A stretch of 52,020 nt of DNA, filler included, from Catajapyx aquilonaris (GCA_000934665.2; 2 parts of 2 records of this genome joined end to end with filler, not necessarily neighbours in it), one strand, 5' to 3'. Positions 12,045 through 25,813 are shown, counted from the first letter of the whole stretch. Numbers and translations: made by a program. Notes: generated by a model not told the origin, from the letters alone.

Positions 12045-12507
12045 TATTTCTGATATAAAATTGATTATTCAAAGTCATATCGTCTGGCATATTTCAAGTC
12101 CTTAGTCTCTGTATAGCCTATACCGTACTGTACAGTACAAGCCCTGTCAAAAATGGAAAACGTTTAGGCCAAAAGTATCATCTGCGCTATGCAACCATGA
12201 GTATATTCGCCTCATGGAAGTCAATAAAAGAACACTGGAGTACTGATGGTTGCGTAACGCAAGAATACAACTGCCCTAAACTTTTTTGATAGTATGGTTA
12301 TGTCGATCCTTATCCTTTTATCTCTTATCCTCATTTCAGTAGGGCTATGTGTGTTACACCTACCGAGATCACACTGGACGGCCTTTGGTTTGATCTCCAA
12401 AATAGATCACGACTTCCTTTCCTGAATCCAGTGAAGCAAAAAAAAAGTAGTACAGTATATTATGCGTTACATCAGGAGGGCTGTAATTCTCTGATATTGA
12501 CTCCTGC

Positions 12508-12508
<1 letters not shown>

Positions 12509-12593
<85 letters not shown>
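12509..12593. repeat. Compound microsatellite (TAA)n(TAG)n
   Basis: Direct reading. Confidence 0.95.
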
Positions 12594-12594
<1 letters not shown>

Positions 12595-14813
12595 AATTTT
12601 CCAAGCATGCACAGTAGAAGGTTGGTGAATGGAAGCTATTCTTATTTTAGCTGAAAGACCTCCGGAAGCAAGAAGCTGTTGTATGAGTACCGTAGTAAGG
12701 AATGTTTTTCCTTCGCTCTTGCTCTCGCAACATGTAAGCTTACAGTACGATGCCCGTTTTCGTACCTGGTTACTGAAGGAAATTACTACTGTTTACTACT
12801 GTTTGAAATACCGGCACGATCACATGCAGGTAGGACATCTCCTCCTCCTCCCCCTCCCCACCACATCTCAGAAAACTGGTTGTCTTTTGAGGTGTCGGTC
12901 CGGCAGGCAATATTGGGCACCTTGCCTGCTTTTGCCATGTTTAGGTTTAGGTTTACCAGAGCGGCGTTTTATTGCCTCGGCAGGGGCCAAACGCGGCATG
13001 TCAAGTGGAGAACGAGGAGAGGATGCCAGGCAGTTTTTGGTGTGAGGGGGTGGCTGTGATGGAGGGGTTATCCGGGTACTGTACCTAGCAGAGCCTATAC
13101 ACACTGGGAAATTGCGACAGCCCTGACAGCCGGGCATAGTGTTCAATACCTTGTCGGAATTACAAACTGACATCAGATGCTGCTGATAAAATACGCTGCG
13201 ATAGGTAGACCCTGCTGAGGAATTCTCCGGCGTTTTGGGGGTAGTTATCAGGTGCTTTTTTGCCAGCTGAATGCGCCACAAAAAATGACTGCCTATGCCA
13301 TGGCCTATGCCATGCAGTACGATGCCGTGACACGAGCACGTGTTTTAGTCGAAAGAGAACTGGAAATTTTAAACACTGCAGGGGAGTATAAGGTTTGCAA
13401 ACATTGCCCACAGGTTGAATGCTGATATATATTCAGTTCAGTTTTTTTTGCTAACACTGGCGTGTATCGTAACGGTCGTGTACTCGTGAAACGGATTACT
13501 GGTGTGCACACGTTATACAGGCTTTGACTCTTTCATCTGTCTTTCGCATTAGTTGCACTGCATTTGTTATACGTATAGAGAATGTGAAATTTTGTTAGCT
13601 CACAATGTAACCATTTATTACGTTAATCAAGTTAGCCATGCACTGTATCCATCATTATGATACCCTCAGGTGACAAGAGTGTTCCGATTATTAAAGGGTG
13701 GTTTCAAGGGCTCCGAATTATCAATAAGGATTAATCAGATGTATGTATAGAGGCATATCTCTTAATCTGTCGCATTTGATCCGGTGCACGTGTATCATTA
13801 GCTGGTGTTGTTCCCCCNCCCCCCCCCCCCTGCCCCTTCATTTGGAGAGACTCCACCCAATCGCTTCAGGTTGACTCTAAACAAGACAAGCTTCCAAGGC
13901 TGCTATTTATAAGCATGCGAGAAAAAGTAGGACGCATTACCACCCTAGTTGGACAACCCAATACATTCTGAGAGCTTGCATTATGGTTTTTGGCCACCCT
14001 TACATGTGTGCATAAAAGGCAGAGCTTAAAATAGGCACCTGCAGAGACAAGAAGAAAATGGGAGTAATGATCTGCGCCAATCGATATTAGGGACAGTGAT
14101 TTGAAAAGGTTACGCTAATCCAAACTGAAAAAGTTTTCTACTTTACAGTAGACTATACTGTCTACTCACTTCCCCCGTCCACTGTTGCTCATAATCTAAC
14201 TTCGCCCGCGTTAAAGACATTATTCAAAAGTTGTCTTAAGTTATTTTGATACAAATTTTCTCATTATTATTATTAGTTTTTCTTCACACGAGGTACAATA
14301 TTTGTAGATTCAAACACAAATGCTGTTTAGCCAGTGCGACATCGTAAGTTAAAGTCGCCGATATTGTAAAACGAATTGGCGTATACGTAGCAAAAAAGAG
14401 CGAAATTGATCATAATAGCGTGTAGATCGTAGGCTTATAACCGGTAGTGGAAGGACGATAGAGGCGCAAATGTGAGTGGGGGTGGCAGGTATAGAGGGTA
14501 CCGTGCAGGTAAGAGCCTCGCATTCCGTGAGCTATGTTGCGTTTAAGTAGGTGGAGAAGGAACCTCCTCCTCTCCCTTCCCTCCCTCTCTCCCACCCTTC
14601 CCACTGCCTCCACCCCCTCCCCCTACTTTCCTCCCCATGCCGCCCCCTTAAAAACCAAGTCGGCCGCACCAATCCCCATCAGCATGGGTCGGATTGGTCA
14701 CAGGTGAAGTTTTACCTCAACTAGTCTAGTCTAGACATCGCGTGGATTACAATGTAAAGGTGGACGTTCTAGTGCCAATTATGGAGCGGTGAAGACAAAA
14801 AAAGTTGTGAAAA

Positions 14814-17800
14814 ATGAACGTTTTGGGACTTGCCATCTTCCTATTGATGACTTCTTCGGCTTTCTGTACGACCACGGAGGCGACCGAGGAAGACACTCAG
14901 CCTGGTGAGTTCTCTCTTCTTCTCGTTTTAAAATATTTGTTGCCCTTGACATTCGGAGCGCTTGTAAATGTTGCATTGGATGATGGCGTGACCAATGGAT
15001 AGCAGGGGGTGGAAAAGAATGTAACGTGAAGTCTAACCCGTGTTTTCCGGAGAACAGTGAAACAAGATTTTAGGTTCGTGGAGCATGTAAGCCTACATTC
15101 AAATTACTTTTGGCAACCATGCCCAACGGGGTAAAGAAAATATATAATTAATTAATAAATAAAATATTCAAATTATTTTATTATGCAGAATACCATGTCC
15201 CTGACGCTCATCATACTATTAGTCCAATAAATATTACAAATGTTGGATTTTATGCCGTCAAATTCCTCATGATGGACAAAAAAATGTTCGGCAGAAATGA
15301 ATGGAAAGCATAGCATTAAAAATCATTCATTAAAAAGAAGAAATCAATGGCGTGTGATATAATAGTCAAAAGGTCCAGTCAGATCAAGCGTGATTTAAAT
15401 GGTGACTGCCACTAACAACTGCCCATATTGCCGAGTGCTACTTACTACTTTACTAGTACCAACAATTGCACAACAACCAACATTTGTATCCCATCCTCCT
15501 CTGGAAACTTGCTAATAGGTCGTAATGATACACTTATGGAACCAAATTAATGCCTTGCTAAGACCACGTGTAATTCAGAGCAACGCGGCGGCGTGTTGGC
15601 CTCCACCACAGATTAAAACTTAGATGAAGTCACATGATTTCGCAACAGCAAGCCAATCACAGCTCAATATGAACGTGGCGCTAGGGTTCTGTTGGCATAC
15701 TTGGGAAAAGTGCCACTGGGGGTCCTTGCCAACGCACATTTCAAATACCGTCGCGTCAATTCTCAGTTGAACATCGTCCATGCACGTAGTAAATCTCTGC
15801 TGTAATCGTCAACAGTGATGGGTTTCTGCAATATTACAAACGAGCTTGAAGTTACCAGTATTCGCTATTCAGCTGCATTGCCTCGATATCACTTAGTAAT
15901 TAATCCGCAAAATGCAACTTGAAACTGTCATTCAGAATGCAAGTTAATAATCCGTGCATGACAGTCATCTCTAGTAATTAGAGTTGGGAAAGTCTTTTTT
16001 TTCAGACCTACCGTATATAAGCATTCTTTTTTTTTACCTTTCTTCGGCTTCCCACCCACCCACCGTGACCCCCACCCGCTAATCCGGATAACCTCCGCTC
16101 CGAAACATGATTACGTTCTAGTTCAAGTCGGCTATGACAGCTCATTTGGTATCACGAATCGTGCTACAACGTAACCGTGCAGCAACCGGCCCGTTTATCT
16201 CAATAGAAAATCCTTTTGCCAGGACTGGAAACTGACCTGCTACTATATAGGATCAATCTATCTTGCTCAGCATAATGAGTTGACAAAATTGTCTGCCCTT
16301 ATATAAGGTATGTCACCACGGCATGGCTTAGTTATGCCTAAATAGTATTGAGCGGTTATGTAACATAATACGGGTGCCTCTTCCCCGTTTCCAAAACTTG
16401 AATAATTTTATGCGGTGAGGGGACTTTATTAGGGGAATTATGCAATGCACGGAGAGACTATTTATTGTAAATTTTTGCACTTTGAAAGCCCCTCCCCATG
16501 CTTGTGACATGGCAGGTGGCTTGATGAAACATGTCTGACTTGTGGCAAAAGGTCATTTGGAGCCATCATTTTAGTCACTTCACAAAATAGCTATGGGAAA
16601 GACCTTCATATAGGCTGTGCCAAAAAATGCTATTAGCAGGATAGTCGCCTGTACGAAATCAAGAGTGTGAGAATCATCCAGGATCAAATACCATGATCAC
16701 GATTTTTAAGGGAACGAACAGGTTTTTAAATCAATCATTAAAATAAACTGGTCCAAATTTATCAACTCCATGACCTTCCGCAGAAGGTAGCCTACTCTAC
16801 GCTGAATCCACGACCTTGGTTGGGAGGGGATTATGCTGTCAGAAATTCCACCTCATCTTTAATGAACTACGCAGGTATGCAGTACCCTGGAATTTCACAT
16901 GTCAACAAAGCATTTTTGGTTGCAGTGTTTAAGCACATCTTGGAACGAATCATCCAATTACTTTCGTTCTGACACCATTACGAGCCAATTGAGCTCAAAT
17001 GAATTTGGCGACCTTGAGAAATGACTGCCCGTCTACGAAATAAATGTCCGTCCTCTCATAAAACGAATATTTTTAAAACTAAAGAGGTGCAAACACGTGA
17101 AGGTGAATATTGCGCTTCCGTAACACTGGTACTTTGGCATTTTGGACACTTACGACCAAAGTTACGAGCACACAAAACCATGTGGCATGAGGTTGTAATG
17201 TTCCGCCGCTCCTTGCGCCCGCGTCGAAATGCTCAGCACATCACTTCTTGAGTAGTGTCACCTGACTTCTAATTGCAATCAGAACTTGGGACCGGGTAAG
17301 GTTCTTCCCTAAGATTTCAAAACCCCCATAAAAATTACACATATATTTTGGACAAGTATCTATCTGTAAAGAGACATACAGGGATTGGACAGAATAATAG
17401 GACCCTTGCGAAAAGCGTTTGAAACTTTGCGTCTCTTCTCTTCGAAAACGGGAAATGTTACAAAAATGACTTACGTCGATGTATATTTGTGGAGGTATGC
17501 ATATGACCTTGATATGACGCAATAATCACGAGAGGGGGAGAGAAACAAAAGACAAACGATACCCCCAAGGCTCCATTTTTGACCAGTGTTCCCACCCTTT
17601 TCATTTGAAAACCAAAACGGTTACAGATATGAACTTTACTGAGATTTGAAACTCCCTCGATGTTACTTACTGATTGACCAATAATCACGCGACAGGGCGG
17701 GGGAAAAATAGAAACGGCACCCCACTTCCCCGTCACTGCTACAGTATAATACAAACAATGAAATTATCCTCCCACTGCTAGTTAATGGTAACTTAGCAGT

Positions 17801-20446
17801 ACCTGTGCCAAATATGGTACTGCTAAGTTAGTAGTAACTAGCAGTGGGACGAAAATTCGACCCAAACTTACTCTACATTATTTTGTTCAACCTCTTCTCA
17901 GATTTAGTCCCGGGGAAGGAGGGTGTCGTTTCTATTTTTTCCCCCGCCCTCTGTCAGTAATTTTGCTCCATCTCTATACCACACTACGTGACATCAATAG
18001 AGCTTCAAAATCCAGTCAAGTTCATATCTGTAACTGTTTTCGTTTTCAAATGAAAAGGGTGGGACACTCTGGTCTAAAATGGGGCCTGGGGGGGGGGGGG
18101 GTATAGTTCGTGTTTTGTTTCTCTCCCCTTCTCGTGATTTTTGCGTTATCTGCATACCTCGACAAATGTACATTATACAGAGCTTCAAAACTAGGTACAA
18201 TTCATCTTCGTGACCTTTCCAGTTTTCGAATAAAACAGACGCAAAATTTCAACCTATTTTCGTAGGGGCCGTATTATTCTGTCCAACCCCTGTATATTCC
18301 AGGTCTCAATATCATGTGCGGTTTTTTGTTCGTCAGGCTACACATAATGGGACCACTACGGAGCTTCTTAAAAATATAAAGTCTCTGGTCTCAGTTCATA
18401 ATTTCGTACAGACAGAATGATCCTGCCATTCTATGCTAAAAGTTTTAAAAAAACATTCAGATAATACAATTATGAGTAGCTTAATGTGTCATATAAGACA
18501 CTAATATGTATTAATGTATAGACACAAGAAGCCCGTTCACACTATACTTGCGTGCTACAGATGCACTCGTACACGTTCTCCTGCAGCTATTGGCATTTGT
18601 GGTATGATGTGACCGGACATTTTATAGACACGAGCAAGCAAACCGACTTGTGGTTATTTACGCATCCCAAATATGAAATAACTTTATGCTTGCCTAGGCT
18701 AAGTTGGTACCACTGACATGAACAAAAATGTAAACGGGTTCGTCTGAGACACTGACTCAAAGGTCGCCTCAAACGCGCCCCTCTGGATTGCTGTTGAGAC
18801 GTGCCCCTCGAGCGTAAATACACCTGTATACAGCAGAGTCGTACGTGACGTAGACTTGGCTACAGGGCTGGTTTGAACATAATACTAATCACAGCAGCGG
18901 GATGTAACTGTACGTCATTGTCATTGCTGTGTGACAAACTACTCAATAAATTGCGACAGATCATTACTTTATGCACAATGCAGAATCACATGTGCTTTTC
19001 GTGCCCATCACTTACTAAACCTATCTAAGTTAGCATAAAGGGGTGGAATTTTCGTCCCACTGTTAGTTACTGCTAACTTAGCAGTAACCATTGGCAGTAA
19101 CCATCCCCAGCACTGGTACTGCTAAGTTAGCAGCAACTAGAAGTAGGACGAAAATTCCACCCAAGTTTTCTAAGTGTACATTTGTTACTAACAAGGGAAC
19201 GACTAGGGTCGGTCGCCTCCGATTTGGTTGAAACTCGCTTAAGGAGTTACTCATGTGAGATAGACACAGTGGTGAAAGTCCTAGATGCCACTGTCCATCA
19301 GTTTCCGAGATATGAGCGACAAAACAATTCGAATTTTGACCGCGCGTGTACAGGTGTCAGGCGGGAGGGGACAAGTGCAAGGCCCCTATACGCGCGGCCA
19401 AAATTCAGATATTTCTGTCGCTCATATCTCGGAAACGGCTGGACAGTGGCATCTATAGGACTTTCACCACTGTGTCTATCGCACATGAGTGACCCCTCAA
19501 GCGAGTTTCAACCAAATCGGAGGCGACCGACTTGGTCGTTCACTTGAATGAGCAAGATTTACCTTTGTGCGCGTGTGTGCACATCTTTCGTCAATAAGCC
19601 AATGTTATTGCTGTTGGTTCATAGGGACCTGGTGTTATGGCCTAGAAAATCCTTTCGTCACGGCGACGAAACATGTAACCGTGACCCAACAATCAAGGAA
19701 GTAGGGAACGAAGATCAGTGAGAATAATATTATTTATTTCGTACTACGCCGGCCGGGAGGATTACAGAGGGAGAGCGAATGATGGCCATTCAGGAAAGTA
19801 CAACATTTTTCCGAAATTGACCGGGTGAATGAAATGGAAATAGTCACGCGAGTAGGATGGTCTGCACCGCGATTCGAACCCAGGACAGGCTCCCGAATGG
19901 CAACATGGACAGAAAAATATGCATTTGGTGAGTTCCTATATATTTTAATTAAGTCTATAATTGCATATCAAGTAAGCCAAATTGTTGAAAGGCTCGAAAG
20001 AGTCTGTAATTATTCGTGTTACGAATGTGGGCGGGCAAAATGCTCTCACCGATGAGACAGCACTCTTCAGCTTCATTCCAACTTGAATAATCTGAATTCT
20101 GCAACACATTCATAAAAACCCAACCTAACCAAAAACGGTGCTCCTAACAAGACTACAGTATATTGTGACTTTTAAAAACCTGACTGAACTGGAGTGAGCT
20201 GTGATGGGTTCACGAACTGGACATGATTTTGGACGTCATGACACCCGAGTGCTGCGTGACTAGAATAAACTGCTGGGCAGGCGGATATTTCTGATGAGGA
20301 AGCGCATTGTCAATCATAAATTGCGTACAGCATGTGTGAGACCAATTCCATGTCTCCAACCCCCGGATTATATATTTGATGGCGGTTTGGACACAAAATT
20401 ATGTTGCAGTGCAGCAGTTTGCAACACCCCAATTTTTTTCCGTTGA
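14814..20446 (+). CDS. Candidate small secreted cysteine-containing protein gene (possibly Ly6/three-finger-like, possibly a pseudogene); exon structure uncertain
   Basis: Exon 14814-14904 encodes a signal-peptide-like MNVLGLAIFLLMTSSAFC with donor G|GTGAGT. Exon 20331-20446 encodes CVRPIPC...KLCCSAAVCN...* followed by AATAAA at 20541. Phase-compatible internal exons can be drawn. Confidence 0.35.
17379..18292. mobile_element. Tc1-like non-autonomous element, TA-flanked, with long (~350 bp) degenerate arms and a nested insert
   Basis: CAGGGATTGGACAGAATAATA / TATTATTCTGTCCAACCCCTG; CCCACCCTTTTCATTTGAAAAC / GTTTTCAAATGAAAAGGGTGGG. Confidence 0.75.
17770..17863. mobile_element. Short hairpin MITE nested in 17379-18292 (second copy at 19041-19162)
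   Basis: CCCACTGCTAGTTA...AACTTAGCAGTACC / GGTACTGCTAAGTT...TAACTAGCAGTGGG. Confidence 0.7.
19041..19162. mobile_element. Short hairpin MITE
   Basis: GGGTGGAATTTTCGTCC...GGACGAAAATTCCACCC. Confidence 0.75.
19192..19546. mobile_element. Foldback MITE (~155-bp arms)
   Basis: GTCGGTCGCCTCCGATTTGGTTGAAACTCGCTT / AAGCGAGTTTCAACCAAATCGGAGGCGACCGAC. Confidence 0.8.
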
Positions 20447-21498
20447 TCGAGCAGTGTGTGCAGAAACTTCGTGCCAAGAGTGCATGAATCTCGTCCTTTT
20501 TGCTTCCGCTGACCCCGTTTCCCCTTCAAAGTCAAGGCGAAATAAACGAGCTGTAAGAGCAGCATGCTGACTTGATATCAAATGGTTCCTGCTATAGAGT
20601 TATGCCGGTCACTGCGTTCAATATTGTTACGTAGCTCAATATTGCCGCTACCGGTGTGCACCTGTGGTGATAAAAATCGTCTGCATTATTCCGCGACGTA
20701 AGGTCAATATTTTTTCTTTTCGCAAACGTGGGCGGCACTTCCCCCTTTCTTCTGTGGCTGCTTGATAAATAGAATGAGTGTGCTTCTTGTCTTCATTTAT
20801 AAGCGAGACAAGATGCTATTTGCATATGGGGGGAAATGGCGTGAGGAGTGGGACGGGAGAGCTGGAGGCATTGTCCTTCATTAATCAACGAGTTGCGGGG
20901 AAAACCTTCACGACCGACAACCATTTTGCATTGTCCCTCCAGCACAGAAACATGTTACCAGAGGAAGAATAATAGAGTGCGAAGGAAAAATTAGGGGCTG
21001 CAGGCAACCAAATGATGAATTTGCAGATAAGAATGAAAGAAGCAGTTTGTGTGTGGCGACAGGGATGGAAATGAATGCAGGTTTCAGGTGGAGATGCTAC
21101 TTGAGCGTTGATAAAAAGGACAAAAGGGGGGCTCATTTAATCAGCAAAATAGCGAGCCAGATAATTATTTTGTCTTATACTGCCTCCCTGCCACATACAG
21201 ACATCTATACTCGAATGCTGCAAGTGCGTCTCCGTATGATAAATTAAGCCTAAAGCTACTGAGGATGAAAAGTGTTGCAGGAAGCCGCATCTGTACATAT
21301 CATAAACAGACCTAAACACTAAAGGGGTGCAAAATGTTGTCACATTTCCCACAATGGGTTCATTATCAACTGCATTATCAACCGCGAGTGGGCATGGAGT
21401 AGACTACATGATGTATTGCAAATTGGTGTTCATGAACAGTACCTTTGAGACTGTACAAAATATAGCTACCTCGTATTGTCATAACCAGAATCACCTCT

Positions 21499-22013
21499 CA
21501 CAGCCAAACAAACTCTTCTTACCCTCCTGAATTTTGAAAATTTTTGGATTTTCTAATTCTGCTTGGCCTATAGTGTTGTCCAAACATCACCTCTGATGCT
21601 AATTTTCACGTCAAAATACAAGCTAAATGCGATATTCCGAAGCCACAACACCTAACACCCTGTCACGGGTCGCAGGTCCTCCGTCGCCGCGACTGTAGCG
21701 CACTCTAGGGTGGCACGAGCAAGTAGAATATGACCCTACACGCTTCGAAAGCGATTTTGTGTAGCAATTTATGAATCACGTTTAATCAATCATTTACATA
21801 TCACTGATATCAGTCGCGACGACGGGCGACCCGCCACCCGCAGGTGCTGTGGCTTCGGAATTACGGTCTTTTGGCTTGTATTTTCACCCTGCTAACGTGA
21901 AAATTAGCAGCAGAGGAGATGTTTACACAACACTATAGGTCAAGCGGAATCAGAAAATCCAAAAAATTTCAATATTTAGGAGGGTAAGAACTAAGAAGAG
22001 TTAGTTTGGTTGT
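21499..22013. mobile_element. Foldback MITE (~190-bp arms)
   Basis: TTCTTACCCTCCT...TTTTTGGATTTTCT...CCTATAGTGTTGT / ACAACACTATAGG...AGAAAATCCAAAAA...AGGAGGGTAAGAA. Confidence 0.75.
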
Positions 22014-24172
22014 CAGTCCAATCAGTAGTAACTTAATCAGGATAAACTATTGTTTATCCGCACCTTAACAACACGGTCGGTGTTAGGCCTCCCGACGGTT
22101 GGCAGCGTTGCGTCGCAAACAATCGGGTGCCTATTGATACTGCTGCATGGTTACATGGAACTGTGCTTTATTCTTCTTTTCGGCCTTTCGCAGATTCAAT
22201 TCGGGATTTTGAGGTGATTAAGTGGATGGAATAGCCCTTGGTATTCTGTATTGGCCCTTGGTATTGCTGTATTGGTATTGCTGTATGGATTTTTGTTACC
22301 ACAACAGTACTGTACATTGTTGTGGCCCTGCCAGGCACGGTACATCGCCCGTGCGTGATATTTTTAGTTTTTGCGGAGCGATAGCGGACCTGGGCGCTTA
22401 TTGTGGGTTTCTGTATCCGCAACATTTACTGTCCGTCTTGTGGCGCCGCAGGCCAACGAACGTTATTGTGGCTTTGCCAAGCGCGAAGTACACCTTCACA
22501 CAATCATGACGCCAAGTTCCGCCCGCCACCCCCCGGCTCTCCCCTCCAATCATGCCCACGACTCACTCTGCAGGCATACTACTGCACACGCTCAGAAAAC
22601 ACGGCTGGTGTGACATCGTATCGTTCTTTGGGTTAACGGACTGCAGCAACCATCATGGCTTTCATATTTCCCACCTCCTTCATTAATACTGTGGTCCTAG
22701 CACTCGTCTGAACGGTTCGCGTGGCAGGGGTAAGAAGACGCCCTTTGTTATGCTCTCCCGGCAACCGGTTGTTTGCGACGCGTAGCCAACATGTTTGGAC
22801 CTGCCAATCCCACCGCGTCGCTAGGTGCGGATAAACGATATACTTTCCCTTAATCATAAAATCCTATTTTGTATACAAAATAAGAGCACTCATGCCACAC
22901 ACCAATTTTCTAAATGGAAAGCACTGTCTGCCCTTTTGTCCATTCTCTCAAAATATAACCTAATAATACACCACTTTCTGACAAATAATGATCAGTTATT
23001 TTCACTGACGTAATCCCGAACTCATATGGGAAGTGCAATAAGATAACCTGGCAGCAATAGGTACACCCAAATTGGATATATTGAAGATGATGTGAATGGA
23101 ATGCGTGACTGGCCAAAAACGCATATCCCATACAAGCACGATCACTTTCACAACGCACGTGCGATTGAATGATAGCCGGAATTCGTGAGGTGTAGGCATT
23201 TTACAATTCAGCCCATTATTTACGAGTATGGCAATTTTTATTTGCCTTTAGAATTTGACTATAGTTAATATATGCATTTTTATTGAGAATTCATGTCATA
23301 TTGTATAAGCACGTAGTGATGCCTTGTGACTAATATTATTGTGTATTTGCTTTTTATCAGCTTGGAGAAAAAATCCCAGGCACTCACCACCAACGTAATA
23401 ATTAATTCTGAAGACACACGATAGGCGACTAAATGGATAATTTTGCGTGCTAATGAAACGACGTGATAATTGTTCTTTATTCATGCGATGCTTATTGTTA
23501 TTATGAATACGAAGCCATAAACGTCAAGAGTGGCACACTAGAAGACTATCAATTGATAATTATTTCTGGCAAATTTAAAGCTTAGCGCATACCGCGATTG
23601 TATATGTCTCATTGCTTAATATACCCGGAGAACGTTCTTGGGCATGTTTTTAACTAACCAGACTGGTTTTTTGTCATGAAATCCGCTGGCATTATCAATA
23701 GGATGTTATTATTTTTTGTCACTGGGGCTGTTTACAGCTTGGTGATGGAATGTATACTGTTGGAAACGAGCAGTATATAACATTCCCGGACCTGTACGAC
23801 GGCACCGGTGACGAAATCAGGGACGGTGTAAAAGCGGCAAAGTAAAAAGCTGCGCAGGATTAAGTCTTGCCATACAACGCTAATGAGCTCATCCCTGTAT
23901 ACCTACTTTTTGTTCCCGTCCACAGTGAAGGGACAATGACGCGAAAGGTTGAAACCTGTTTTCCGCATTTTTGCTCCTTCCTCTCACGTTCCTTTTTTTT
24001 GGCACAACTCGAATGTTTGACTGGTAGTACTATGCAAACAGAGTTGTGTTACTATGGTTCTGATGAAAATTTTATAGGTGTAGCCAAATGTAAGACCAAA
24101 ACTGAAATATTGCTCCTGATAAGTGACATAGCCTATTACTCTTACCTACTTTGTGAGGAGTGGGGTTGGCCT

Positions 24173-24300
24173 AAGGGGGTAACCACTTCGGTACTCCGGT
24201 GTACACATGCAGTGGTACTCCCAGGTACTCCTTAGGTACTCCTTGAATTTGGTACTGCAGTGTACACTTTACAGTAGACTAGTATAGTGGTTAACCTCTT
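24173..24300. repeat. Short TIR element with GGTACTCC sub-repeats
   Basis: AGGGGGTAACCAC ... GTGGTTAACCTCT; related to 5425-5550. Confidence 0.55.
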
Positions 24301-25430
24301 GGGTTGGCCAGGTCGGGAAATCGATTGTGGTGCTAGCAGAAACCATTTCGGCCCAATACAGTATAAGGCTTGATATTTAAAACACTCCTGTTGTGGTGCT
24401 AATGGATTAGTCTATCTGGCCTGAAATGGTCACCCGTTTGAAAAAGGAAAACTTCTTTGCGTGCAAAATGCGGTTTTGTCAGCTGATTAGCGAACCCCCC
24501 TAAAAACGCACTAATGATGGAGTAAGGCGGTTCAATATAACGATGCATTTAAAACGGTAACAACCGATGGGTAGCACCGCCACAATTTCGTTTCCAAACG
24601 ATTCTTCGGAGGGAAAACGCCACACACTCGCCCATGATAAGACTTATTATCGCCTGATAGTCCTTTTGGGAGTGTACCTCCGAGGAATTTCCTTGTAACT
24701 TTTTCTTTTTAAAAAGGTCTGTTAATTTGGGCACCGAATGTGCGCTTCCCAGAGAATCATCAGATGACGCCGGAGCCTCAAATAACCTTCCCCCTCAGCT
24801 GCTGCCTATAGGCATTATACTTGCTTCAACTTTCTCGCCGACTCCTAAATATAGGCTATACACATGGCACCAACTACTGCTCGCATTTCGTCACGGGATA
24901 TCCTTCTCGTTGAGGAAATGAGATGGATGGAATAATATTCTGCCTTCCTCAAGTGAAATTTACGACATGCTTCTTTTTTTGCTCATATTCCGGACAAGAA
25001 GGGGCTCAAGGGAGGAGACTCCGCTCCCTTTTTAGAGACTGAAGGGGCTTATTTCATTTTCAAAGTGAATTGTGGTAGATGATTGATCATCAGTGGCTAG
25101 AATACTTGTGTTTCAAAGTGTGATGACATATGCACAATGAAAGGTACACAGGGACAAATTATTTGCAAGTAACCGTAACATTACAGCAGTTAATGTCTTC
25201 ATGAATAATTAATTATTACCACATCAAAACAAATGTACAGTGTAATGACTTTGTTTTGCACATATTCAATATGTATCGTAAACACACTAGATATTCTATT
25301 TCATTAACTGGCATTGAGCCGCATAACACGATTAATCGATGAAACACATTGAATGAACACCCAATAAAACATATTGATTCGCACCTCCCCCTGACTATTA
25401 ACGAGTAGCCGGTATTATTAGACTAGGCTA

Positions 25431-25813
25431 CAGTAGAACCCCGATTATCTGTCACCCACGGGATAGTGCCATGGTCAGATACCAAAAAAGGTCGGATAAT
25501 CCGAAAAGCATAGAAAACTCTAATGAAACACCGCAAAACACCTATAAAACAATCATGAAATAATGTACAATATTATGGGGGAAGAACGATCAAGGTCCAC
25601 TTTTTGTCTAAAATGAAATACATAATTATCTCAGAAGATACATTCACTAGTGTAGAATATGATGGTATGGTCGTGGTTGTGGAGTAATGATCATAGGTCA
25701 CTATGGAAGGCCTCGAAAGTGGGATGTACAATAGAAACTTATGGGCCTTGGAAATTTAAAATTGGAATATAGTCTCAGTTTCACCTGAGGTGGACCTTGA
25801 TCGTTCTTCCCCC
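25431..25813. mobile_element. pogo/Tigger-like end plus a separate internal inverted-repeat pair
   Basis: TA-CAGTAGAACCCCGATTATC...CGGATAATCCG; GGGGAAGAACGATCAAGGTCCAC (25578-25600) inverted at 25790-25813. Confidence 0.5.

Noticed and set aside
12629..13281. Three overlapping ~130-aa ORFs
   Set aside because: No motifs, present on both strands, and no exon chain found
22168..22857. Cluster of short ORFs
   Set aside because: No recognisable homology or consistent splice signals
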